Assembly: GCA_030536145.1 (NCBI GenBank)
Contig: JAUNQN010000004.1
Coordinates: forward strand, 34,239 to 98,238
Direction: 5' to 3'
Length of the DNA stretch: 64,000 nt
Source: Akkermansia sp.
GTDB lineage: Bacteria > Verrucomicrobiota > Verrucomicrobiia > Verrucomicrobiales > Akkermansiaceae
The translations under genes and the position numbers were made by a program. Shown one piece after another: positions 51,690 through 59,679 of the stretch. The stretch's first letter is position 1, and the number at the start of each line of letters is the position of its first letter. The notes under the pieces are model-generated. The model worked only from the letters and a program-made list of their open reading frames with translations. It searched no databases and was not told the DNA's origin.

Positions 51690-54445
51690 TCGGAAAGGGC
51701 GGGTTGCAGCTGGAAGCACCATTTCAAGCCTCCCTCCTCAGGGGGCTCCAGGCGCTCCAGCACCAGTTTGTAGCTCACATGCGGTGCCGGGGTGCCCTGC
51801 CTGCCCTTGGCGGCGGTGCGCTCGCAGAAATCCCGCAGCTCGTCCTCCAGTGCGGCGCAGATGGCGCGGCGCAGCATGGCGCGCTCCTCCGGCCGGGCCA
51901 GCATGCGGCACACGGCGGCGCAGCGCGCCGGGGCATCCGCGCTGGTGCCGTGCGCCTGGTCTACCGTGAGCAGCAGCTCCGGCTGGGCGGCCAGCAGCAG
52001 GCTCATCTCCGCGTTCAGCACGGGGTTGGCCAGCATGCGCACGTACGCCTTGCTCATTTCCTCCATGTGGCCCGCATCTGCGGTGGTGTCCATCTCGCAG
52101 GTCATGTTGTACAGGGTGGCGCGCAGGGGAATGCCCGTGCCGTAGTCTGCCCCGGCCAAGCGGTTGAAGAGCGCATCCACCAGCTGGCGCATGTAGGGCG
52201 CGGCGTTGATACGGCAGTTGAAGATGGTGGTGTCTCCCTCCACGGAGCTGCTGTCGCACACCCATTTGGAGGAGACATTGGCGGCGGGCGTGAGGGCCTG
52301 GAGCCTGTTCTCACCCACCACCACGGGGAGCTGCAGGGTGAAGGCGGTGCCGGCCACGGCGGCCAGGGCGGGCAGGCGGGTCAGGCGCTCCGGGGTGAGC
52401 CGCAGGCCGGGCATGCCGTGCAGCCCGCGCAGCCCGGGTATGGCCGTGGAGCTGCGCTGCACGTCCGCCTCAGTGATATGCAGGTCCAGCGGCGCCAGGG
52501 ACGGGCGGTCGTTCAGCGGAATCTCGATGTGCGGTGTCAGCACCATCGTGTGGGCCACGTTGTCATGGTCTGCATCTGCGGTGATACAGAGCACGGCGGG
52601 CCTGCCGCCGCTGGTGATGGAGCGCAGGATACCCGCATCCGCCTCTATCACGATGGGCGGGGTCAGGTGGCTGGGGCGCCCGTTCTCCTCCAGGGAGAGG
52701 GTGACGCGGCTTTCCGAATCCTGGTGCAGGCGCAGGCTCTGGCCGCCCGGCTGCAGGCGGATGCGCTGGGTGGTGTCCAGCTTGCCTGTGGGGGAGAAGG
52801 TGGCTACCACCAGCTCACCGGAGGTGATGACCTGTGAGAGGGAGATGTGCTTGCAAACCTCCGGCAGCGGTGAGCCGGAGATGGCGGTCTGCACCTTGCG
52901 CTCCGCCGCAGGCACCGCGGGGCGCGCGGGTTCCTCCTGCTTGGCGATGGTCACCGTGTCTGCACCGGGGAGCTGCGGGAAGATGTTGGCAAAGTACGGG
53001 GAGCGGGAGCGCAGCAGGGCATCCCGCAGCAGCGGGCGCTCCGCCAGGAACGTGTCCCACTCGTCCGCCTCTGCGCGGGAAAGGTGCTCCGTGCCGCCGC
53101 GTGCCATGGCCTGCTGCATGTACAGGGCCACCAGCGCACCGGGGGCTATGCCCAGCATCTCCGCGCAGTCTGCCATGCGGCGCAGGTTGCCCACGCGGTG
53201 GTCTGCCGTGCGCAGCAGGCGGCAGCACTCCCGGATGGCCCCTGATGTCACGTCGGACATCCTGCCGTTCCCCTGCGCCGCTTGGGCGGAGATGGCATCC
53301 AGGCGGGCGGCGGTGTAGGCGGCGTCATACGGGCGCTCTGCCAGCCCGGTAAGCTCTGCAATGAGTGCGCCCGGCCCGGCGGGTTCCACGGTGGTGGCGG
53401 CAGCGGCGGGCTTGCCCTTGGCTCCGTGTTGCACGCCCAGCACCCAGCCTGCCGCGCAGAGCACGCAGGCGGCGGAGGCGGTGATGGCCACCATGCGGCG
53501 TTGCCTGCGGCGGCGGTATTCCTTGGGGCAGGGTGGCTTTTCCGCCAGGGGCGGGGCGGTTTCCTTGGGCGTGGCGGTGGTGCCGCAGCTGCAGGGGACC
53601 GGGGTGCCGGGCTGCTCCTTGGCCGTATCCCGGCTTTCCGGGCCGGGCTGGGGCTTGGTGTCCACGGGCATTTCCGGCAGCTCCATGGCGGGGCTTATCT
53701 CCAGCATGGGGTGGCTGGCGCGCCGGGCACGCTCTATCAGGCGGTAGTTGTCCGTGGCGCAGACAATACGGTTGGTATCCGCAAAGGAATCACAGTCCTC
53801 CCCGCAGGTGGTGAAGGTGTGCCCCCAGCCGCGCAGGTGGGTGAGCCAGTCCGCCTCATGCAGCAGGGCCAGTATATCCAGCCCGGCGGTGCCGGGTGCC
53901 ACCAGCACCAGGCTGTCGTTCTCATACGGGGGCGTGCAGAAGGCGCGCGCGTTGCTCTTGTGCCCGGTCAGGCGCTTCCATGCCGGCTGGGTGGAGGCAT
54001 CCGGTATGTCATCCGTGCAGAAGGCGGGGGCAGCGGTCAGCACGCGCGGCGGCCCCTCCCAGCGCTGCTGCCAGAGCCCGCGGTTCTCCATGGCCAGCAT
54101 GATTCCGGCCGGCGTGGGGCGGGCGGGATTGCGGCACAGGGCGCACACCTCGTCGTTCCCCAGGATCAGGTGGTGGGCTATGTGGCAGTTGCGGCCGCTG
54201 TAGTCCGCCCCGGCCATCTGCACGCGCGTCATCACGTGGTAGGTGGTGCCGCGGTATTCCAGCACGCGGTAGGAATACTGCGGCCCCGGCAGGGACTGGG
54301 CGGATTTCTCACGGAACCCGCTCAGGGCGGTCAGCTTGTCGCACAGGATGCGTGATATCCCCTCGCTGCGGGCCACGGTTCCGTAACCCGGCTGGTCGCA
54401 GTCCAGTAGGTGCTTGGCGCTGGTATGGATGAGCTGCAGGGGCAT
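51686..54445 (-). CDS. large single-pass membrane protein with GAP1-like (GTPase-associated protein) N-terminal domain (GTPase-operon gene 2)
   Basis: 919 aa. The N-terminus is MPLQLIHTSAKHLLDCDQPGYGTVARSEGIS. The TM helix MVAITASAACVLCAAGWVLGV follows RRRRQRR. About 580 aa follow the TM, with no motif I recognise. Confidence 0.72.
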   Translation of the reverse strand: MPLQLIHTSAKHLLDCDQPGYGTVARSEGISRILCDKLTALSGFREKSAQSLPGPQYSYRVLEYRGTTYHVMTRVQMAGADYSGRNCHIAHHLILGNDEVCALCRNPARPTPAGIMLAMENRGLWQQRWEGPPRVLTAAPAFCTDDIPDASTQPAWKRLTGHKSNARAFCTPPYENDSLVLVAPGTAGLDILALLHEADWLTHLRGWGHTFTTCGEDCDSFADTNRIVCATDNYRLIERARRASHPMLEISPAMELPEMPVDTKPQPGPESRDTAKEQPGTPVPCSCGTTATPKETAPPLAEKPPCPKEYRRRRQRRMVAITASAACVLCAAGWVLGVQHGAKGKPAAAATTVEPAGPGALIAELTGLAERPYDAAYTAARLDAISAQAAQGNGRMSDVTSGAIRECCRLLRTADHRVGNLRRMADCAEMLGIAPGALVALYMQQAMARGGTEHLSRAEADEWDTFLAERPLLRDALLRSRSPYFANIFPQLPGADTVTIAKQEEPARPAVPAAERKVQTAISGSPLPEVCKHISLSQVITSGELVVATFSPTGKLDTTQRIRLQPGGQSLRLHQDSESRVTLSLEENGRPSHLTPPIVIEADAGILRSITSGGRPAVLCITADADHDNVAHTMVLTPHIEIPLNDRPSLAPLDLHITEADVQRSSTAIPGLRGLHGMPGLRLTPERLTRLPALAAVAGTAFTLQLPVVVGENRLQALTPAANVSSKWVCDSSSVEGDTTIFNCRINAAPYMRQLVDALFNRLAGADYGTGIPLRATLYNMTCEMDTTADAGHMEEMSKAYVRMLANPVLNAEMSLLLAAQPELLLTVDQAHGTSADAPARCAAVCRMLARPEERAMLRRAICAALEDELRDFCERTAAKGRQGTPAPHVSYKLVLERLEPPEEGGLKWCFQLQPALSE

Positions 54446-54461
54446 GGCGGCGCGGGCGGAA

Positions 54462-56198
54462 TCAGCTGTTCTGTGAGCAGGGGAGCAGTGAGGGAGCCAG
54501 GCAGCTCAGTGCCCACAGCGTGGAATCCGTGACGCGGAACGGGTGTACCTGGCCGGATGCCGGGCCGATGAGGCGGCTGCCGCTGTGCTCGTCCGTGAAC
54601 TCCACCGGGGATTCTCCCAGGGAGGAGGCGGCAAAGTAGCGCACGTTGGAGGAGATGGCCTCCGCATTCGTGCAGATGTGCGGGGCTATGTTGAAGATGA
54701 ACTGGCGCAGGCGCGCGGAGTTTGCCTGGATAAGCTCCGGCATGAACATGCCGTTGCGCGTGGCGGGCAGCAGCGGCTCCGGCCCCAGCAGGTGGGCCCA
54801 GGTATCGCTCTTGCCGATGATGACGGCCAGCGGTACGTCCAGCTTCTTGCCCGGCGGCAGGTTCAGCTTGGTGCGCACGCGCATCTCAGATTCCGCCAGC
54901 AGCAGGGCCTGCCGGCCCGGGGGATGCAGGTTCAGGCGCAGCTGCGGGTCCTCGTTGTCATGCAGCAGCTTGCGGAACCCGGGATTGGCCGTGGGGTCGA
55001 AGAGGAACAGGATGGCATCCGCCACGCTCAGGTGGGCGCCGCCGGGGTTGATTTCAGAGTCCCGCCCCGGCTGGAAATCCTCTCCCGCATTGTCGTACAG
55101 CACAATGGAGTGGGTCTCGGAATCCTTGTTCAGGTTGTAGATGAAGGGGCGGGGCATGTTGGCCTGCACGCCGTGGCGCCATACCTTGTGGTACAGGCGG
55201 CCCTGCAGCTGGGTCTTGCCGATGTAGGCCTCCTGCGGGGTCTGGGCGGAGAACAGGCGCATGCGCATGTCGTTCAGCGGCTCGTTCATCACCGGGTCCG
55301 CATCACGGAACGGCAGGCCGAAATCCCGCGGGAACTCCAGCTCCAGCTCCCGCACCAGGGAGGTCAGGAAATACGACTTGCCCGCCGCCGGCACACCCAC
55401 CAGGGAGATGAGGTGCTGCCTGGTCTGCGTGAAGAAGGGCGGCAGTTTCTCATGGCAGTGCGGGCAGGCAAAATCCGGGCAGGGGGAGCCTTTGGCATCC
55501 ACCGGCAGGCCCTGGCAGTTGCGCTCCGTGGGCTTGAACCGCAGCATGGCGTCCTCCCCCAGCACGGAGTCCCCGCACAGGGCGGGGTGCACGGCTATGG
55601 CCAGCTCCTGGCCGGCGTAGAAATGCTCCCAGCAGTTCGGGCAGCGCAGCAACTGCCCGTCATCCCCGTCAGGCGCCCCGGCGGCAGCATCCTTCTGCGC
55701 GGCAAACACCGCCACCGCTATCAGGTCCTTCAGGTAGAACGCGCAGTTGTCCAGCCCCTGGAAAGTGGCCAGCATCTCCCCCGGGAACTCGCGGGAGGCC
55801 TCCGGCATATCCCCCAGGGAATACGGACCGTACCACTCGTCCTTCTCCGGGCTGTACAGGAACCACACGTTCGGGTCGTACTGGTCGAACGCAGGCTTGT
55901 TGGCCGCATCCCCGTACCAGCACACAAAACACCCGCAATCCAGCACAAAGAGGTACATGGTCTCCTTGCGTATCACCACGTCCGTGTTCATGGGTATGCC
56001 GTTCAGGGAGTATTTCTCCACATGCCCGTGAGGGAAAAAGCGGCAGGTCTCGTCCCGCTGCGCAAAGGAACCGCCGTTCTCCGCCTGCATGCGGATGCGG
56101 AAGGTGTTCTTTTCCCCCGCGCCGATGGTCATGAATACGCCGTCGGATGACCAGAGCTTGGCGGAAAGGCTGTCGTAGATGAAAAGTTGGTTGTTCAT
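54462..56198 (-). CDS. FHA-like / split zinc-ribbon / P-loop GTPase (GTPase-operon gene 1)
   Basis: 578 aa from MNNQLFIYDS, with an AGGAGA SD 8 nt upstream. G1 is GVPAAGKSY, G3 is LYDNAGED and the G4-like motif is IIGKSD. It has CPNCW...CPHCH cysteine pairs and an N-terminal roughly 95-aa FHA-like segment. Confidence 0.8.
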   Translation of the reverse strand: MNNQLFIYDSLSAKLWSSDGVFMTIGAGEKNTFRIRMQAENGGSFAQRDETCRFFPHGHVEKYSLNGIPMNTDVVIRKETMYLFVLDCGCFVCWYGDAANKPAFDQYDPNVWFLYSPEKDEWYGPYSLGDMPEASREFPGEMLATFQGLDNCAFYLKDLIAVAVFAAQKDAAAGAPDGDDGQLLRCPNCWEHFYAGQELAIAVHPALCGDSVLGEDAMLRFKPTERNCQGLPVDAKGSPCPDFACPHCHEKLPPFFTQTRQHLISLVGVPAAGKSYFLTSLVRELELEFPRDFGLPFRDADPVMNEPLNDMRMRLFSAQTPQEAYIGKTQLQGRLYHKVWRHGVQANMPRPFIYNLNKDSETHSIVLYDNAGEDFQPGRDSEINPGGAHLSVADAILFLFDPTANPGFRKLLHDNEDPQLRLNLHPPGRQALLLAESEMRVRTKLNLPPGKKLDVPLAVIIGKSDTWAHLLGPEPLLPATRNGMFMPELIQANSARLRQFIFNIAPHICTNAEAISSNVRYFAASSLGESPVEFTDEHSGSRLIGPASGQVHPFRVTDSTLWALSCLAPSLLPCSQNS

Positions 56199-56221
56199 GC
56201 GGGGAATCTCCTGTGCCTGCA

Positions 56222-56250
56222 ATCTTACCCCAAATGCCCCCGTGAGTCAA
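56222..56250 (-). promoter_or_regulatory. promoter of the GTPase operon (TTGACT-N17-TAAGAT)
   Basis: Minus strand: -35 TTGACT (56250-56245) and -10 TAAGAT (56227-56222). The predicted leader is about 17-20 nt and contains AGGAGA. Confidence 0.6.
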
Positions 56251-56306
56251 GGGTTCAATCCATCCGCCGGCAAGGCAAAAGATTGCCCGTGCTGTGGCAT
56301 ACGCAC

Positions 56307-56334
56307 TTGCAGAATGGCGCGCGTGTGGTAGAAT
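56307..56334 (+). promoter_or_regulatory. promoter of panC (TTGCAG-N16-TGTGG-TAGAAT), leaderless
   Basis: TGTGGTAGAAT at 56324-56334. The panC ATG at 56341 is exactly 6 nt after the -10. Confidence 0.6.
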
Positions 56335-56340
56335 GGGCGC

Positions 56341-57189
56341 ATGCAGATTGCACATACAAAGGAAGAATTGCGGGCCATGCTGGCACCGCTCCGCGGAAAA
56401 GGCAAAATGGTGATGGTGCCCACCATGGGCGCCCTGCATGAGGGGCACGCTACCCTGCTGCGCCAGGCGCGCGCGCTGGCCGGCAGCTCCGGCACGGTGG
56501 TGGCCAGCGTGTTCCTGAACCCTGTGCAGTTCAACGACAGCAACGACCTGGCGGCCTACCCGCGCACGCCGGAGGCGGATATGGACACCTGCCGCAGCTG
56601 CGGCGTGGATGTGGTGTTCATGCCCACGCCGGAGGTGATGTACAGCGGGGACCGCTCCATTACCGTGGAGGAAAACCACCTTTCCACCGTGCTCTGCGGC
56701 GCCAGCCGCCCCGGCCACTTTGCCGGCGTGTGCCTGGTGGTGGGCAAGCTCTTCAACCTGGTCCAGCCCACGGATGCCATCTTCGGCAAGAAGGATTACC
56801 AGCAGCTGGCCATCCTGCGCCGCCTGGTGCGTGATATGGATTTCCCCGTGACCATCCACGGTGCGGAGATAGTGCGCGGGGAGGACGGCCTGGCCCTCTC
56901 CAGCCGCAATGCCCTGCTCACCCCGGAGCACCGCGCCGCCGCCCCCTGCATCCGCAAGTACCTGCTGGAGGCCAGGGACGCGTATGAATCCGGCGCCGCA
57001 GCAGCCGCCGTGTGCGCGGAGCTGCGCGCCAAGCTGGAGTCCATTCCCGGCGTGCAGGCGGACTACGTGGAGCTGGTGGATGCCGAGACGCTGCACGAGG
57101 TGACGGATGAGAAGCGCCTGTGCCTGCTGGCGGTGGCCGCCTGGTTCGGCAAGGTGCGCCTGATTGACAATACGGAACTTTCCCGCTGA
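56341..57189 (+). CDS. panC: pantoate--beta-alanine ligase
   Basis: 282 aa. It has the VPTMGALHEGHATLL signature. Confidence 0.95.
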   Translation: MQIAHTKEELRAMLAPLRGKGKMVMVPTMGALHEGHATLLRQARALAGSSGTVVASVFLNPVQFNDSNDLAAYPRTPEADMDTCRSCGVDVVFMPTPEVMYSGDRSITVEENHLSTVLCGASRPGHFAGVCLVVGKLFNLVQPTDAIFGKKDYQQLAILRRLVRDMDFPVTIHGAEIVRGEDGLALSSRNALLTPEHRAAAPCIRKYLLEARDAYESGAAAAAVCAELRAKLESIPGVQADYVELVDAETLHEVTDEKRLCLLAVAAWFGKVRLIDNTELSR

Positions 57190-57191
57190 CC

Positions 57192-57845
57192 ATGATACAC
57201 GCAGAGAATCTTCACCGCTCCTACACCATCGGCCGCAAGCAGGTGGAGGTGCTCCACGGCCTGAACCTGCACATCAAGCGCGGGGAGAAGGTGTTCCTGT
57301 GCGGCCCCAGCGGCGCTGGCAAGACCACGCTCATGTACACGCTGGCAGGGCTGGAGCAGCCGCTGCAGGGCAGGGTGCTGGTGGACGGGCAGGATATCTA
57401 CGCCATGTCCCTGAAACAGCGCGCCCTGTTCAGGAACAAGACCATGGGTTTCATCTTCCAGAACTACATGCTCATGCCGGAGCTTACCGCGCTGGAGAAC
57501 GCATCCCTGGCCACGGCTATCTCCGGGCAGGAGGCCACGGAGCGCGTGACCGCCCTGCTGGAGCGCGTGGGCCTGGGCGGCCGCCTGGACCACCTGCCCA
57601 GCGAGCTTTCCGGCGGTGAGCAGCAGCGCGTGGCCATTGCCCGCGCCCTGGCGCACGATCCCGCCGTCATCTTTGCGGATGAGCCCACGGGCAACCTGGA
57701 TTCCCGCAACGGCGGGCAGATTCTCGATCTGCTCTTTGACCTGGCGGACCAGGGCGGCAAGACCCTGGTGATTGTAACCCATGATGCGGAGATAGCCAAG
57801 CGTGGGGACCGCGTGCTCACCATCCGCGACGGCGTGGTGGCCTGA
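57192..57845 (+). CDS. ABC transporter ATP-binding protein (LolD/MacB/FtsE-like subfamily)
   Basis: 217 aa. Walker A is GPSGAGKTT, the signature is LSGGEQQRVAIARAL and Walker B is VIFADEPT. No permease gene is adjacent. Confidence 0.9.
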   Translation: MIHAENLHRSYTIGRKQVEVLHGLNLHIKRGEKVFLCGPSGAGKTTLMYTLAGLEQPLQGRVLVDGQDIYAMSLKQRALFRNKTMGFIFQNYMLMPELTALENASLATAISGQEATERVTALLERVGLGGRLDHLPSELSGGEQQRVAIARALAHDPAVIFADEPTGNLDSRNGGQILDLLFDLADQGGKTLVIVTHDAEIAKRGDRVLTIRDGVVA

Positions 57846-57870
57846 CCCGCACCTTACCGTACCCCGCTGC

Positions 57871-59583
57871 ATGAAACGCGCCGCATACAGGAGACAGGTG
57901 TTCCTGGTGCGGCTCATGCAGCGCCTGCATTTCGGCCAGCAGCAGGCCATGCTCCTGCAGGCCGTGCTGCTGGGGCTGGCCGGGGCGCTGGCCGCCCTGG
58001 CGTTTGATGCGGCCACGGATGCCGTGCAGTGGCTCTGCACCGGGACCTGGTGCGGCCGCGTGGACTGTTTCATGCAGCTGCCGGATTGGGCGCGCGTGCT
58101 GCTGCCCGCCCTAGGGGCGGCGCTTGCCGCGCTGGTGCTGCTGTGGGCGCGCCGGGTGGACCCGCGCCCCATGCCGGAGTACATGGAATCCTTTTCCCTG
58201 CGGAGCGGGCGGCTGCCGCGCCGCCAGGGGTTCCTGCGCAGCTTTTCCGCCGTGCTCTCCCTGGGCACCGGAGCCTGCATCGGCAAGGAAGGCGCTCTCA
58301 TCCAGGTTTCCGCTGTGGCGGCATCCGCCGCCGGGCGCTGGCTGAACGTCTCTCCCACGCGCCTGCGTGTGATGGTGGGCTGCGGTGCCGCCGCCGGCAT
58401 GACCGCCGCCTTCCACACCCCGCTGGCGGCCTGCCTGTTTGTGAGCGAGGTGCTGGTGGGTACCTTCAGCATCAGCTACCTGGCCCCGCTGCTGCTGGCC
58501 TCCTGCACGGCATACGTGCTTATTTGGATGCTGGGGCGCACGGAGGCCCTGTACGCCGTGCCCGGCCCCGCTTTCTACTCCCTCTCCCAGGTGCCGGCCT
58601 GTGTGCTGCTGGCGGTGCTGGCCGCGCTGTGCGGGCGTGCCTGGGTGGGGTTCACCCGCCTGGCGCGCCGCCACCTGGGCGGCAAGCCTTGCTGGCTGGT
58701 GCCGCGCATGGCCGCCGCCGGGCTGCTGGTGGGCCTGGCCGCCGTGGCGGACCCGTATGTGGTGGGCCACGGGCATGAGTCTATCTGCGCCCTGCTGCAG
58801 GGGCGGCTGGATGCGGCGCACGCCGCCACCCTGCTGGGGATGAAGGCCGTGCTGGTGGCCGTGGTCTTCGGCGTGGGCACCATGGGCGGCATGCTTACCC
58901 CCACGCTCATGGTGGGCTGTTTCACCGGGGCCCTCTTCGGCTGGGGGGCGCAGGCCATGGGGCTGGGCGGCGGCATGGTGCCGTATGCCTTGGCGGGCAT
59001 GGCCGCCTTCTTTGCCGTGGCCTGCCGCGCGCCCGTCACCGCGCTTATCCTGGTCATAGAGTTCACCATGGATGCCGCACTCACCTTTCCGCTCATGCTG
59101 GCCGTGGGCGCGGCATACGGCGTTTCCCGCATGCTGCCTGCCGGGTCCCTGTATGACGGCGCCGCCGCGGATTCCGGCCCGGGCGTGGATTCCTCCCGCG
59201 TGGCGTCCATCATGCGCCGCAGCCCCCTGCGCGTGGCCACCTCCACCCCCATGGAGCGCGTGCTGCACCAGATGGTGCGCTTCCCGGATGAGAACGTGCC
59301 CGTGGTGGATGAATCCGGCCGCTTTGCGGGCGTGCTGGCGGCGGAGGATATAGCGGACTCCGCCCCGGACACCCCCGCCGGGTCCCTGATGCGCACGGAT
59401 ATTCCCCGCCTTTCCCCCACGGATGGTATCCCGGAGGCCCTGGCCGCCTTCCGCGCCACTCCTCTCAATTCCCTCCCGGTGGTGCATCCCGGTTCCCATG
59501 CGCTCTTCGGCATTGTCAGCCGGACGGAGCTGTACCGTACCAGTGCGCTCCTGCTCAGGAAAGAGCTTTCGCGCAGGCGCTGA
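57871..59583 (+). CDS. ClC-family chloride channel / H+-Cl- antiporter with C-terminal CBS pair
   Basis: About 570 aa from MKRAAYRRQV. It has GKEGALIQV and GGMLTPTL selectivity-filter motifs and a CBS-like tail. Confidence 0.88.
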   Translation: MKRAAYRRQVFLVRLMQRLHFGQQQAMLLQAVLLGLAGALAALAFDAATDAVQWLCTGTWCGRVDCFMQLPDWARVLLPALGAALAALVLLWARRVDPRPMPEYMESFSLRSGRLPRRQGFLRSFSAVLSLGTGACIGKEGALIQVSAVAASAAGRWLNVSPTRLRVMVGCGAAAGMTAAFHTPLAACLFVSEVLVGTFSISYLAPLLLASCTAYVLIWMLGRTEALYAVPGPAFYSLSQVPACVLLAVLAALCGRAWVGFTRLARRHLGGKPCWLVPRMAAAGLLVGLAAVADPYVVGHGHESICALLQGRLDAAHAATLLGMKAVLVAVVFGVGTMGGMLTPTLMVGCFTGALFGWGAQAMGLGGGMVPYALAGMAAFFAVACRAPVTALILVIEFTMDAALTFPLMLAVGAAYGVSRMLPAGSLYDGAAADSGPGVDSSRVASIMRRSPLRVATSTPMERVLHQMVRFPDENVPVVDESGRFAGVLAAEDIADSAPDTPAGSLMRTDIPRLSPTDGIPEALAAFRATPLNSLPVVHPGSHALFGIVSRTELYRTSALLLRKELSRRR

Positions 59584-59644
59584 TTTTCACCTGCCGGGAA
59601 CTGCGGGGAAACGGCGCTACATGCGGATGTGACGCGGATTTTTG

Positions 59645-59673
59645 TTGTATTGACGGCGGGATTGTGGTATATG
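59645..59673 (+). promoter_or_regulatory. possible leaderless promoter of fucO (TTGTAT-N17-TGTGG-TATATG)
   Basis: TGTGG at 59663-59667 and TATATG at 59668-59673, with 6 nt to the ATG at 59680. The -10 lacks the final T, so this is a weaker instance of the motif. Confidence 0.35.
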
Positions 59674-59679
59674 GGAGTC

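Noticed and set aside
56199-56222. ORF-track start (56222) adding MQAQEIPR to the GTPase
   Set aside because: That codon is a TTG lying inside the predicted -10 box (TAAGAT, 56222-56227). The ATG at 56198 has an AGGAGA SD at the ideal 8-nt distance.
57192-57845. Assigning the ABC ATPase specifically as lolD or ftsE
   Set aside because: No cognate permease (lolC/E or ftsX) is adjacent, and the motifs alone do not discriminate within this subfamily.
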